Shown here one piece after another: positions 1 through 12,168 of a DNA stretch of 64,000 bases; the first letter of the stretch is position 1, and every line of letters begins with the position of its first letter. The stretch comes from Basidiobolus meristosporus CBS 931.73 (Eukaryota; Fungi; Basidiobolomycota). The position numbers and the translations under genes are program-made. The stretch lies in the NCBI GenBank assembly GCA_002104905.1, contig MCFE01000111.1, positions 1-64,000 on the forward strand, written 5' to 3'. The notes below the pieces were generated by a model that was given only the letters and a program-made list of their open reading frames with translations, made no database searches and was not told the origin of the DNA.

Positions 1-380
1 CAGGTGGCATTCACACATCTATGACCAGTAAGATCTTGGCATATGCCGATTTCTATAGCCCCATGTGTCCCCATAAGTTCATGTAAATTGAACAAGTTGC
101 TTAGGAAAGAATGCCCATGATAACTGCATTCTACTACCGCATTTATCCCTTATCAGTGTATTTTGTGAGAAGCGGAAGCACATAAACGGATTACAGGTAA
201 TCAACAAGGAAGCCAAATTGAAATAGACCGCTGGCTGGGCGCAGGATGCATGGACTCTAGGTCGTGATGTATAAAAAAGAAGAACCAGTATGGAGTGATA
301 GACCAAATAAGGCCAGCTTTCAGTCGTGGAGGTCACTCATACTCCTTACTTCCTAGCACGCATACTTTTTACTGACTGCT

Positions 381-588
381 ATCCATAACATGAAGCTCAT
401 ACATAACATGAAGCTCATAGGCAGCGTCCGAGGCTAACACACACTGTTCAGCTCAGATGCTACATTACTATCCATAACAAGACGCTCATACATAACAAGA
501 AGCTGATACATAACAAGAAGCCCATACATAATATGAAGCTCATAGGCAGCGTTCAAGGCTAACACACACCGTTCAGCCCAGATTGCCA
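381..588. repeat. Short tandem repeat: 18-bp unit (ATACATAACATGAAGCTC-like) in two clusters, each followed by a duplicated ~45-bp block
   Basis: Two units at ~381-416 and four at ~468-541; each cluster is followed by ATAGGCAGCGT..AGGCTAACACACAC.GTTCAGC.CAGAT. Confidence 0.8.
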
Positions 589-1103
589 AATATCTCTACA
601 CTGGCCATATTTTTGCTCATTCTTATGCGCATTACAACCACCTTGACAAGATCCAGACCATTCATTAAATTTGCATCTTGCACACCAGATTAATCTCACG
701 CCTTTATATGATTGGTCTTGCATTGGATATTGATTTCTCTTTCTCCCCCCTTTTGGTAAATCTCGCTTATGTGACATGTGCTTCAGTGTAGAATACCACT
801 CCACCAAGTTGGTCGGAGGAAGCCAGCTAGAGTGTTGTATTGACAAACAACCACCGGCATCACCAAATTGAGTAACGCAACAGAATATTCTATATTCATG
901 AGTGATTCCGTATGTTCCTTGGTATTGTTAGGATTAGTGTTTGGCAGGATGATGAGGAAAGAGGATAGCAAGCAAAAAGCAGAAGAATGGAATTTTCCAC
1001 TGCGATAAGGCATCAGCTAGACAATGGAGGAAACAAGCGTATCATCGGTATATAATGGATGCCTTGCGCGTTGTTGTGAATTATCCCGACCCACAAGATT
1101 AAT

Positions 1104-1745
1104 ATGCAACTTCGCTTGACTGACCTAGCTGTTTGGACCGTGCTTGCTACTTCCGCCTTGGCTAAGCCCATTGGGATTACTCTTAGCCTCGAAGGGAATA
1201 TTCCCGCACTTACTTCCACGCCGATTGTGCAAGAGTATCCGGCTGATGTTCCTTGTAACAACTCCACAGAGGCGCAGAATCTATATGGTGGCTTTCCTGT
1301 TTGTAATCCCGCATGGTTTTCGGGGGTGGTGGCAACAGAGCTGGATGCAAAGTTTCTGGTCTGGACTAGCCCCTCCAACCAAAAAGCCATTGAAGATAAC
1401 GATGTCAACGAAACTGCTGCTGCAACTGCAACAATTTCTTTAGCTAACGGCATGGATGACTTCCCCATCACATATCCTGAGTTTAGGCAGTGTGCAAACA
1501 TTGATCCTACTGAAAACAACGGTGGCTTTGCTCTTTACTGGCCTACGGAGGCGATCTATTGCTTTTATAGCGAATCCAACTGTGTTGGAGAGCGTGTATG
1601 TATGATCCCATATGGCCCTGGATCTCAGTATAACACAATCATCCCTGCTACCAGAAATATGATCAAGAATGGACTTCGCAGTAGTGTGGTGCTACCCATG
1701 ATGCCAAAGAATGGCTACAAAGCTCCGTTTACCATGAACCCTTAG
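1104..1745 (+). CDS. Putative secreted protein of unknown function, 213 aa, 6 Cys
   Basis: Single ORF from ATG to TAG; N-terminal hydrophobic segment ending ALA-KP resembles a signal peptide; N-glycosylation sequons NST and NET; AATAAA-like tract follows the stop. Confidence 0.7.
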   Translation: MQLRLTDLAVWTVLATSALAKPIGITLSLEGNIPALTSTPIVQEYPADVPCNNSTEAQNLYGGFPVCNPAWFSGVVATELDAKFLVWTSPSNQKAIEDNDVNETAAATATISLANGMDDFPITYPEFRQCANIDPTENNGGFALYWPTEAIYCFYSESNCVGERVCMIPYGPGSQYNTIIPATRNMIKNGLRSSVVLPMMPKNGYKAPFTMNP

Positions 1746-1849
1746 GAGAATAATAATGTAAATTTACGAAATAAAATAAAAGTTTTAAGAGTTATGGAGA
1801 TATTGCAAGTGATTGGAAGAACAAGCAGACTATAGGTCTTTACTTGATG

Positions 1850-3500
1850 ATCTATTCAATCTAAAAAAGTATTAATACCTTAACTTAGTCTTGACATACC
1901 AAACACATAGGGTAAGTGTACAAAGGTCACAAGTGTAGGTTTGTAATGCTTTTGGCTGTTTGGACAACCTTTAGATTTTTCATGTCCTGGGTTTCTAGTG
2001 TTTTAGTGAAATATTCCTGGTAGATTGCCACAGGGAACTTGACTAGAACTCTCCAAGATTTTTAGTCAACAACTCAAGTGTACATAAGTTATAGCTGCTA
2101 CATGGTCACTCACAGTAAGTAAAGAGGGATGCAAAAAACACCTACAATGGTATAGGTAACCAACTGGGCTTTTTAGCAGCTATTTTTGACCATGATCAAA
2201 TTGCTGGACTGGAACTACTAAGCAGGCACCAAGTGTGTATAATTTTAGCTCCTATGTCAATCAACAACTCCACAAAGGATACTCAAATATATACACACAT
2301 TGCCTATGAGGCCACTCAGGATACTTCAAAGGCAACAAGTAAAATCAGCAAAGCAAGCATATTTGGTAAAGATATTCCTCTATTGGTGAATGATAAGAGC
2401 TAAAGTTTGTTCCCTTCACTGTTGTTGTGCTGCATTTCATCTTTGCAATGAGCAATGCATATCACCATTCCAACAATATTTCATATGCATATAAGTAATA
2501 ACATATTACCAGATGGGCTTCTGTACACTACCTTTCTTCTTCCACTGCTTGCATCTCAGCCCTTTCCTGCTCAGAAATGTCAAGTGCTTATTCATCTGTA
2601 TTACTTGAGTACCCAGTAAGCAGTATGGGCACTATATTGTAAGCTTTCATGGGAGCTTATTATTCTTGTCAACATTTGTATCCCTGATAGGTATAAGAGT
2701 GCAGCACATGATTTACACCACATAATCAATACTTTAACCTAGATTATTACACATCTTTACAACTTTGGCTCTGTCTAAGTTTCTTTATGCAAGTAATAAA
2801 CAATTCAGCCAATGCTCTAAGTGTTGAGATTCTGTTAGTTTAGTTTTGTGTTTCTTCTCATGTGAGCTTCTTTGTAGTAAAATTTTTGTCTTGATACATT
2901 TTCTTGACAGCTTAACATAATTCTCCAAGATTTGTAGACTTTGATCCAAGTTACTACATCAAGTGGGTATTTAGGTATAATTACAAAATATTCAACAGAA
3001 ATCAAGCTCAAGTTGAATTATTTACTTGCAAGGTTCAATAATTCTTAGCTGGCTTCTTTATTTTAGCTTTAGTAGCTCTGTACCTACCTAGTAAAGTAAA
3101 TATTTCACCAAACTGGTGACTTTCCCTCCCCTAAATGGATCTTCATACCAAAGGAGTGCAACAAGCTAGAGAGCATGTTGAAATGAATACAAGAACACTG
3201 ATTGAACATGCTCACATAAGCCGCGATCATCATTACTGAGTTAAGTGATGAGATCAATAAATTGACTTGGAGCAATTCCTCATTGTCTACCATCAATGGA
3301 TGCTAACAGTACGGCACATTGGAAGCCTTCATCTGATTGCCACATTCGTAAACAACCATCACAGCCTCCAAATGCATTTGTAAGCCAATTGACTTTGCCG
3401 GAAGTGGTACATTTGCGTGTTCAACAATTCAAGAAGCATTTTCAGGAGCAGCTCATCCACCGGATGTAAATGAAACAATCAATGTGGTGTTGCAATCCCT
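1850..3500. pseudogene. Degenerate, CpG-poor relic, probably a decayed transposon or pseudogene; family not identified
   Basis: Almost no CG dinucleotides; protein-like reading frames on both strands are broken by TGA/TAA/TAG; composition resembles the transposon nest beyond 31.8 kb. Confidence 0.35.
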
Positions 3501-3599
3501 AATACTGCTGCTGGGATCAGCAGGCACCATACCCATTTGAGACATTGGAAGACTATAAATTGGGAGCTTTAATTCCATCTATCAAATCAATCACTCAAT

Positions 3600-4475
3600 A
3601 TGAAAATCACTTCGGTCAAACTCCTTCTTGCGGCTTCAGTCTTGTCCATGGCTAGTGCTGCCGTTCTTGAGCGCGGATACAACACCAAAGATTACGCCGG
3701 TCAAGGTGCTGGTGTGGTTCACGACGATAGCTATGGAGGAAACGGTGGTGGTAGTGGCGGAGAATATAGTGGAAACGGCGGTGGTGGCAGCAGCGGAGGA
3801 TACGGCGGAAACGGCGGTGGCAGCAGCGGAGGATACGGTGGAAACGGTGGAGGTGGTGGAGGTGGAGGCTATGGTGAAAATGGTGGTGGTGGCAGTGGCG
3901 GAGGATACGGTGGATACGGCGGATACGGCGGCGGTGGTAGTGGTGGCGGAGGATACGGTGGCAATGGTGGTGGAAATGGTGGTGGTGGCAGCGGCGGAGA
4001 ATATAGCGGAAACGGCGGTGGTGGCAGCGGCGGAGGATACGGTGGCCACGGTGGTGGTAGTGGTGGCGGAGGATACGGTGACAATGGTGGTGGTAGTGCC
4101 GGAGGTTATGGTGGAAATGGTGGTAGTGGCAGCGGCACAGAATATAGTGGAAACGGCGGTGGTGGCAGCGGCAGAGGATACAGTGGAAACGGTGGTGGTA
4201 GTGGCGGAGGCTATGGTGGAAATGGTGGTGGTGGCAGTGGCGGAGGATACGGTGGATACGGCGGCGGTGGTAGTGGTGGCGGAGGATACGGTGGCAATGG
4301 TGGTGGTAGTGGCGGAGGCTATGGTGGAAATGGTGGTGGTGGCAGCGGCGGAGAATATAGCGGAAACGGCGGTGGTGGCAGCGGCGGAGGATACGGTGGC
4401 CACGGTGGTGGTAGTGGTGGTAGCGGCGGAGGATACGGCGGAGGGCATGGGGGTGGTGGCTTCTACAAATATTGA
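3600..4475 (+). CDS. Secreted glycine-rich repetitive protein (GGY/GGN/GGS repeats), probable cell-wall, spore-coat or adhesive protein
   Basis: ATG 3600 to TGA 4475; signal peptide MKITSVKLLLAASVLSMASA; GGGSGGGYGGNGG and GGEYSGNGGGGS units; TATAAA at ~3554; internal ~190-bp duplication (~3880-4075 vs ~4222-4410). Confidence 0.85.
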   Translation: MKITSVKLLLAASVLSMASAAVLERGYNTKDYAGQGAGVVHDDSYGGNGGGSGGEYSGNGGGGSSGGYGGNGGGSSGGYGGNGGGGGGGGYGENGGGGSGGGYGGYGGYGGGGSGGGGYGGNGGGNGGGGSGGEYSGNGGGGSGGGYGGHGGGSGGGGYGDNGGGSAGGYGGNGGSGSGTEYSGNGGGGSGRGYSGNGGGSGGGYGGNGGGGSGGGYGGYGGGGSGGGGYGGNGGGSGGGYGGNGGGGSGGEYSGNGGGGSGGGYGGHGGGSGGSGGGYGGGHGGGGFYKY

Positions 4476-4869
4476 GCTTCGCCATCAAAACTTATATCCA
4501 AGCAGTTTTTTAGATATCTATAGACAACTGGAAATAAATCTCAACCTTGCAACCTTATGTAACAAAATCCATTTACTCTATTTGACAGTGACACTTCAGG
4601 CATTGCGATGACAACATTTACTTCGATTAACGCACCACAGAGCTGATCTTTTATACTCGTTACTCCTGCATGTTGAAATTCCGGGAAAGAACCGGGCGCT
4701 CTTATGACATAAGCGACCCAACATAATATATACACCCGCACGGAGCTATGTTGTGAAGTGGATGGTTATTCAATTCTTCGCTCATCAATTATATTATGTT
4801 ATGTCAATTTACTGGAATATGGGGTATCTTTATCTATAAATTAATTTACATTGGAGCACTGTCCAGGAA

Positions 4870-6741
4870 TTAGTTGTGCTTTTGCATCTTGATGTACTTG
4901 ATTCCCAAGGTGAAAAGGAATGCCAGCCCGGACATGCCGACAGCGATGAAAAAGATGGTACGCAAAACGTGAACATACACATCCATCACCACTTTTCGTT
5001 CTTCCAATGGTAAGGTCTCGATGAACTGGAAGCTATTGACTGCCTCCTTGATTGGGATGTTGTAAGTTAACTCTGACAATCCAGTGGTCAGTTTGTTGTT
5101 GAATACGGAGCCGAAAATGGCGATTCCCAAGACTCCACCGACTGAGCGGAAGAAGGTTGATAGCGCAGTAACCACACCCATATCTTTATGGGTTACCGCT
5201 GATTGGCCAGCGAAGATCAATGTCTGAATGCAACAACCGGCCCCAGTTCCCATGATCAGCAGGAAGCCGATCTGCTCGCCGTGGCCCGTACTTGCGTTCC
5301 AAACAGTCAACAGACCCACTCCTACTGTCATAATTGCCGAGCCGACCCAGCACCAGACGACAATCACCCCGGTCTTCGAGACGATGATTCCGGAGATGAT
5401 ACTTAATGCTGAAGCAGAGAGCATCATGGGCAGCATCTCAAGTCCCGAAGTAGTGGCGGAATCCCCACGGACGATTTGGAAGTACATTGGAATGTAGTAG
5501 ACCAGTCCAAAGAAGGCCATGCCGAAGAAGAACATGGTGATGAATGTGAACAATGGGTTACGCATGGCGAACAACCGGCAAGGGACGATTGGCTCGGCCG
5601 CAACTCGGTACTCCACGAAGATGAATGCGATCAGGAGTGCCCCCGAAACACAGTAAAGAGCGATAATTCTCGGTGAGCTCCAGGAGTATTCCCCACCTCC
5701 CCATTGGGTTGGTAGCAAGAGGGTGATGATGAATCCGAGAAGTAGCACCGTCCCGAGGAAATCGATTCTCTTGATCTTTTCCTTGAGAGAGCCCTTTGCG
5801 GTGGGAAGATGCAGGAACAGAGTGACGACAATCACGGTAAGCGCACCAAATGGCAAGTTGATGTAGAAAGACCATCTACAGAGGCTGGGGTTAGCCAATA
5901 CTCTACGAAAGGCGAGGGCAAGGGAATGAAGCTTACCTCCAAGTGCTATCGTCCGTGAAGATTCCTCCTAGCAGTGGGCCCAGGACAGATGCAATACCAT
6001 ACTGAAAAATCGACCAGCTTTAGTACGAAAAGTTACACCAATCAGCCATTAAGAACCCCTTCGACTTACCGTGGCCCCGATGAATCCCTGGTACTTTCCG
6101 CGCTCGCGAAGCGGGACGATCTCGGTGATAATGATGAAGACCATTCCCTGGACTTAGGAAGGAGCGTGTTAAATAGGTGTCGGGGAAGATCCGGATAAGA
6201 ATAATACTTACTGCCGCCACCACCGATTCCTGCGATCGCTCTGGCGATGATCAGCATGGTCATGCTCTGGGAGGCACCGCATAATGCGCTACCAACCTCG
6301 AAGATCACAATGGCGAAGAGAAAAACCACCTTACGACCAAAGATATCCGAAAACTAATTCACCTGGTTAGTACCGTGAAGATGTGATGCCATGTTTCTGT
6401 TGGGGAGAACTCACCTTTCCGTAGAGAGGCTGGCAGGCTGTGGCAGTCAACATATAGGCAGTAGCCACCCAAGAGACCTCGTTCAATGCTCCGAAATCCG
6501 AAGCGATCTTGGGCAGAGCGGTGGCCACAATCGTTTGATCGAGACCAGCCAAAAGGATGGCCATGGCAAGGCCAAGGAAAACCAACATCAGTTTTCCGAA
6601 AGGCAGCAGCTCAGGGCCATCTGGCAGCTCTTTAACATCCAGCTCTGGCTTGGATGGGTTCTTCTCCAAATCCTCCAGCTTCAAAGGATCTGAAGGGTCT
6701 GGTTGCTTTTCAGCTAAGATGTCAGTAGGTTCTTGTGGCAT
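4870..6741 (-). CDS. MFS multidrug transporter, DHA2/EmrB-QacA (14-TMS) type, 5 exons
   Basis: Spliced frame (exons ~6741-6415, 6353-6212, 6152-6070, 6001-5937, 5876-4870) gives LDQTIVATALP, LYGKFSDIFGRK, ARAIAGIGGGG, WRWSFYINLP; GT-AG introns. Confidence 0.92.
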
Positions 6742-7815
6742 TGTATGTTAGGGTGGTCGTCCCAACCTACTTCTTTATATAGGGCCAGGATTGGGAAAAA
6801 AAGTTCCAGATGGAGGATATGAATGGGCGGTCACTATTTTGCAACTCCAACGGATTCGAGTCAAATGGGTCTTCGGTGAAATTTCGGCACCGCACCATTC
6901 ATTCAGATATACCTATGTTGGAACAGACCAAGGGCACGGAACATATATGTACAAGTGTTTCTTCCACCAAGAACGGTGGCCCATTTCGAATCCGCAGTGT
7001 TCCTGAATCGTTGGAACACCACAACACTGCGATCTTACCATAGAATTGGGAATTCACTTCTGATCAGGAAATTCCATCGATCAGGTCTAGATGCACCCCC
7101 AACAATTTACTTCATTCGGTAACAATTCCCAGGAATTCTATTTCGGATCGGAGATTAGAATAGAATGTAGATTGTTTGGGTTAGAAGTGTTGCTATGGAA
7201 TTCCCCCTACGTCCCCCCACGGAACCATTCACACGCCGTCACCGACCATGCCGTGGAATAGCCTAACCTTGTTAGCATCGCTCATCATCGTCCGGTGAAG
7301 AATCTGACGCTGAATGTGTCTCGAAATGCCTATTCGTCCCTGCTCGTTATTTCTGTTCTGGTTCTGGGTTGCATATTTCTGATTAGCGTCCTCAACTCTA
7401 TCTAGATATAGCACCGGAATCTCGGGCAAATATGAATAATGCAACTCAGGGTTGGTGCTATCGGGGTGCTGATATTGGCTACGTAAGAAGCTCAACATAC
7501 CAAACCTGTGCTTGGTTGGTGGTACCTGGTGCAACCAATTCGAGTTTGGCTGGTGTTTCGTTGACCGATTTATTTAGTGGTATTCAGAAAAATGGGAGAC
7601 ACGCCACAAAGCAAAATTGCTCCTTCATCAGATGCCAAATTCAATGGAGTCATCAAATAAATATCTACGGCATAGACTTGTATCAAACAGTATCCTTGTT
7701 GTGAGAAACAGCGTGGGATGTTCAGAAGGGAGCAGCAGAACTCGCGGGCTGGGCTGAGCATCAATAGGATGTGGTGGAAACATGAGATATGCAATGGAAG
7801 TGAGAAAAAGAATCA

Positions 7816-10111
7816 TCACTGTTTATCCGCCAAGTACAGCTCCATTTCCCGAGCATATCTAGCCTTGTCTTCCGTCGCTTTTTGCTCCCAAGGTGCCCTG
7901 TCCTCGGGAACCATAGAGTTCCACTGGCTTGCAATGATCTTGCTAATTGGCCCAACAGTACTGCCCGGATATTGCTCAGCAACCTGCGGCCGGACTGCAG
8001 ATAGGTAGAACAAGAAGCCGGACATGGGATGCTTGGGTGCGGTTGGATTCTTCTGCTTCTTTTTCTTACGACCTCGAGGATCTTTTGTGGGCGCTAGATC
8101 GTCCTCCTCCTCAAGCCCCCTCTTTTTCCCTGCCTCAATCTCCGCCTTCGAACGCCTGGTGTACACGAAGTCCGGATTGGACACGAGAAACTCTCGCTTG
8201 ATGGACTGTGCTTCGGTGAAATATCGGTTGCGCTCCTCCTGAATAACAATAACTGCATTGGTGGACCTTTCATATACCTACGAAAACTGAAGAGACTTAC
8301 CTCGTTGAGGTTCTTCCACCGGTCTCCGATCTCCTTACTGATCTCCGAAACACTCATATTGGGATTGGTCTCCAGCAGCTTGTGCCGCATTTCTTTGTTG
8401 AACAACAAATATGCATTCATCGGTCTTTTTAGCTTGGGGCTGCTATTGTCGCCGTCCATCACGGAACGGCGGCGGTATTTCTTCTTGGTGTTGTTGGGAC
8501 GTCGTGTATAAACATAATCGGGGTTCGTTTCCAGAAATTGAGACTTCAAGGTCCTGGCCCGATCAACATACATCTGCTTGCGCAAGTCGTCCATCTTTGC
8601 CCATTCATCCCCAAGAATCTTGCTTTGGGCCGCGGTCGTCATCGTGGGATCCGATTGTTGAAGCTGCGGCCTCCGCTCACTTGCATATATCAAGAACGCG
8701 TTCATGGGTCTCTTCAACTTCTGGCCGCTCGAAGATGTATTGGGTGTGCTTGATACGTTGGGCTTGGCTTTTGCCTTTGGAGTTTTGGGGGACTTTGGCT
8801 TGTTGGATGTGCTGTGCTTAAATTCGCTATAGTTTTGATTGGCAGGCTTGGTTGGAGTTCGTGGTGATATCTGGTGCATATTGGTTGAGACGAGGAGGTT
8901 TTCCTTGGGGATTTTTGAGGAGCTAGTTACCTGTGTCGGAGCAATCGTCCCACCCGGGAATTGAGTAAACCCTAGATGCCAAACAAGGTCAAACTATGAA
9001 GGAGAGTGGGGCCAAGGTTTCTCAATCTACCTTGGTTGAGACCTGAGCCTATGTTTGTATCGTGCACTACGCGAAGATACAACATTACTATCTAGGAATC
9101 AAGAAAGCCAGAGAAGCACAAAGTACCTTGCGAGTAATTTTCCTCGATGCTACTTTCGCTTTGCAGATGCCCATCGTGGGCCATACCGCTGTTGTTCATG
9201 ATCCCGAAATCAGGATTGTTGCCACCGTCTACATTGTTGCTTCCGTGGCCGTATTGAAGCTCCGATAGAGCCTCAGGCTTCGATTTGAGCGCTGAGTTGG
9301 ACTATACAAACAAGGATCAGCTATCTCATTAGGTGACCATGTCGTCCAGGAGACAAACCACGAACCAATACGCTTTCGTTGTCAACAAACTGGTTCAAGC
9401 TGGTTCGGCCAAAGCTGTCTATGCCACTAAGCTGACCTGGATACCCTTGATTACCATAAGCCATGCCATTTGTTAAGCTGGACGGATCAATGCCGCCCAT
9501 GATGTTGGTGCTGCCGGAATACCTCCTGATAAAGGAGGATGTGGGTGACTGTGGGGCCATATGTGCAACTGACATGGCTTGGGAATTACTATTGGACGAT
9601 GGTACATGCTGGTAATTTGAGTATGGTTGCTGTGAAGTAGATACTAAACAAGAAAGGTGTTAATGATCAAACACTTCTGCCTCCAGCAACAAAACGTACC
9701 AAGTGGTGTTTGGTTGAAATAGGGTAGTTGTGCGTCGTTACTTTGCATCATACGAAGAGTCTGATTGGAATAGGCTGAAGTAGGGGGTGGGATACCCTGA
9801 ATAGACGATATGTTGTCGGGACTGCCGTTTAGAAGGGATGCCTGTAGGCTCGGTGAAGAGGCCTCCGTCTGGTCCTGCTGGAATATGGGAGATCCATTTT
9901 TCCAAGGATCTGTAGGGTTCAGATACCCTCTGCCGTCAAAGCTTGTGGGGTCGAAGGGCCGCGAGCCGTACGTACCGAGTGAGTTTAAAGGTCCAAACGT
10001 ATTAGCAGGGTTCAGATTTTGCCCCAGGTTCTGGTTGATCCCTTGACTTTGCCTTCGGTCAGGAAACAAGAGATTGTTGCCTTGCGTTTGCTGATTGGGG
10101 TGAAAGGCCAT
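7816..10111 (-). CDS. Multi-exon transcription factor/chromatin protein with three HMG boxes and a long N/Q/S/G-rich N-terminus
   Basis: Boxes 1 and 2 begin KLKRPMNAF/AY (SOX/MATA_HMG type); box 3 begins TAPKHPMSGF (HMGB type); intron at ~8300-8243 interrupts box 2. Upstream exons at ~10111-9700, 9640-9370, 9302-9127 and ~8972 onward are less certain. Confidence 0.85.
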
Positions 10112-11483
10112 GATATACGTGCTGTACTATAGGGATGCAAGGAGGTAAAATACAAAGCACGGGCGTTTCTTCGTGTAGCGTTCCACTAGCTTACTAGGGG
10201 AGAAGAAATGGGTAAATAAACCGGTGGCATGATAGTGGCCCGACACACTCGAAGAAAGCGTTGCTTCGTGTCTGTACGAGTTGGTGGACTCATGCCGACA
10301 TGCACAAGAGAGTGTGCGCGAAGCGGCGTGTGCGCGAATTGTAGTTCAGTGCCGAAATAAAATAGACTTCTACTTACTTTAGAATAAAATAGGGAAATAA
10401 TATTATTACGATATAATGGCAGGAACTAAATATGATATAGATGACGAAAATCGGGACTAAAGGGAAAAGTATATATATATAGTGTATATATAAAGTGAAA
10501 GTCTACTGAAGAAGCAGGAAAGCTTATTAAAGAATAAAGCAAAGCAAAGGAGAGAATAAGATTGGTAATTTGAATGAAAGAAATGGAATGTATAAAAGAG
10601 AAAATTATTTTAGCTGATTATATATATCTAATATAACTTGGACTAACGCGTCAAATCGTCAAACAGTCATTATGGAGAGCTTGGGCGGCGCCATTGCGGA
10701 TTATAAAGGATCAGTATAAATGGTGGGTAACGCTTGTATGTACCCCCTTACTATAAACGGAAAGGCCATGATGAGTTCACGCAGAGTTAGGATAAGCACC
10801 TTTATATTTAATATGGAAATTAAAATAAAACTTAAGCGCGGAAAGAGTGGATCAGTGGATAGGAGAGGAGGCTGCCGATTAAGGACCAATGAATCACCGT
10901 GCATGTCGAGTTATCCACGATTTACTGCCCCTCGAGCGCTGGTAACTTACCCAGTAGCCACGGGTATCAACGGGTAGTTGGTTAGTCATCAATGTCCCAA
11001 ATGCGCGGCATGTGACCTCAGGAGACACGCCAAGACGAGGGAGCTATAGGTTGGGTCGGCTCAGTTGGACTTCCTACCACACGTGGAGTGGATAGACTTA
11101 AGCAACTCTTGTGCAAAATGAATAACGAAAAATTTTCGTGATTCCTGAATTTTTTTGAGATCCGAGTCAGCCCGACGGGAAGATTTTTTTGAAGTCAGGA
11201 CGGGAGAGATATATGGACAATGAGTGTATGTAAACCACCCTCTTCCCGCTGCCCATACCTCTCGAGCGTACTCTTGAAGGTAGAGTATATGTTTTTTCAC
11301 AGATCACGATTAGTTAGATTAGCGATTAGTGGCAAACTTGGACACGTATGAGTAGAATGTAGTGGCAGGGTGTAGACGCAGTAGGCTGGGTTCACCAATA
11401 TATAGAATCAATCCATCCATCATGTTCACCGTTTGTTAACCATTATTCTTTCTATTCCGAATGGGTTAGGTCAATCAATAGAA

Positions 11484-12035
11484 ATGGTCAGATACTCTGC
11501 CACTCCTGCTAACAGCGCTAAGTCTGCTCAAACCCGCGGTTCTTACCTCCGTGTTCACTTCAAGAACACCCGTGAGGCCGCTGCCGCCATTTCTGGAATG
11601 AAGTTGCAAAAGGCCATCACCTACTTGGAGGATGTCAAGTCCCACAAGCAATGCATTCCTTTCCGTCGTTTCGCCGGTGGTATTGGTCGTTGTGCTCAAG
11701 CTAAGGCTTTTGGTACCACCAAGGGTCGCTGGCCTGTTAAATCTGCTGAGTTCTTGTTGGGTCTCCTCAAGAACGCTGAAAGCAATGCTGAGAACAAGGG
11801 TTTGGAAATCGAAACTTTGATCGTCAAGCACATCCAAGTCAACCAAGCACCTAAGCAACGCAGACGTACTTATCGTGCCCACGGTAGAATCAACCCTTAC
11901 ATGAGCAGCCCTTGCCACATTGAAATCATTGTTGCTGAGGAGGATGCCACCGTCAAGCGTGAGGATGATGGAAAGTCTCCCAAGCTTAACAAGCGTCAAT
12001 TGGCTCGTAAGAGATTGGTTGCCAGCCGTCAATAG
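11484..12035 (+). CDS. RPL17: 60S ribosomal protein L17 (uL22)
   Basis: [47 protein letters not shown]; a probable 5' UTR intron ends just before the ATG at 11484. Confidence 0.97.
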   Translation: MVRYSATPANSAKSAQTRGSYLRVHFKNTREAAAAISGMKLQKAITYLEDVKSHKQCIPFRRFAGGIGRCAQAKAFGTTKGRWPVKSAEFLLGLLKNAESNAENKGLEIETLIVKHIQVNQAPKQRRRTYRAHGRINPYMSSPCHIEIIVAEEDATVKREDDGKSPKLNKRQLARKRLVASRQ

Positions 12036-12168
12036 GTTCGTTCCCGATGATATCAAAGCTATCGACTTAATACAAATAAAATGAATTGATCATTGATCAT
12101 GCAGTGTTTATTAATTTGGATTAAATGACATAAGTATGTGTAAATATAAACAGGAATGTTGATTCTAT

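Noticed and set aside
381-588. CRISPR-like array
   Set aside because: Eukaryotic context, no unique spacers and no cas genes.
3628-4611. Alternative-frame and antisense ORFs over the Gly-rich gene (Val/Ala-, Thr-, His- and Pro-rich)
   Set aside because: Expected by-products of GGN repeats that lack stops; only the 3600 frame has a clear signal peptide and TATA context.
7229-7534. 101-aa minus-strand ORF between the MFS and HMG genes
   Set aside because: No motif, no convincing splice structure; could be UTR. Needs RNA-seq.
7816-10111. HMG gene as a mating-type (sex) locus
   Set aside because: Flanks are an MFS transporter and RPL17, not the triose-phosphate transporter and RNA helicase of Mucorales sex loci; a single haplotype cannot show idiomorphs.
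11475-12056. 193-aa ORF antisense to RPL17
   Set aside because: Same shadow effect of strong codon bias.
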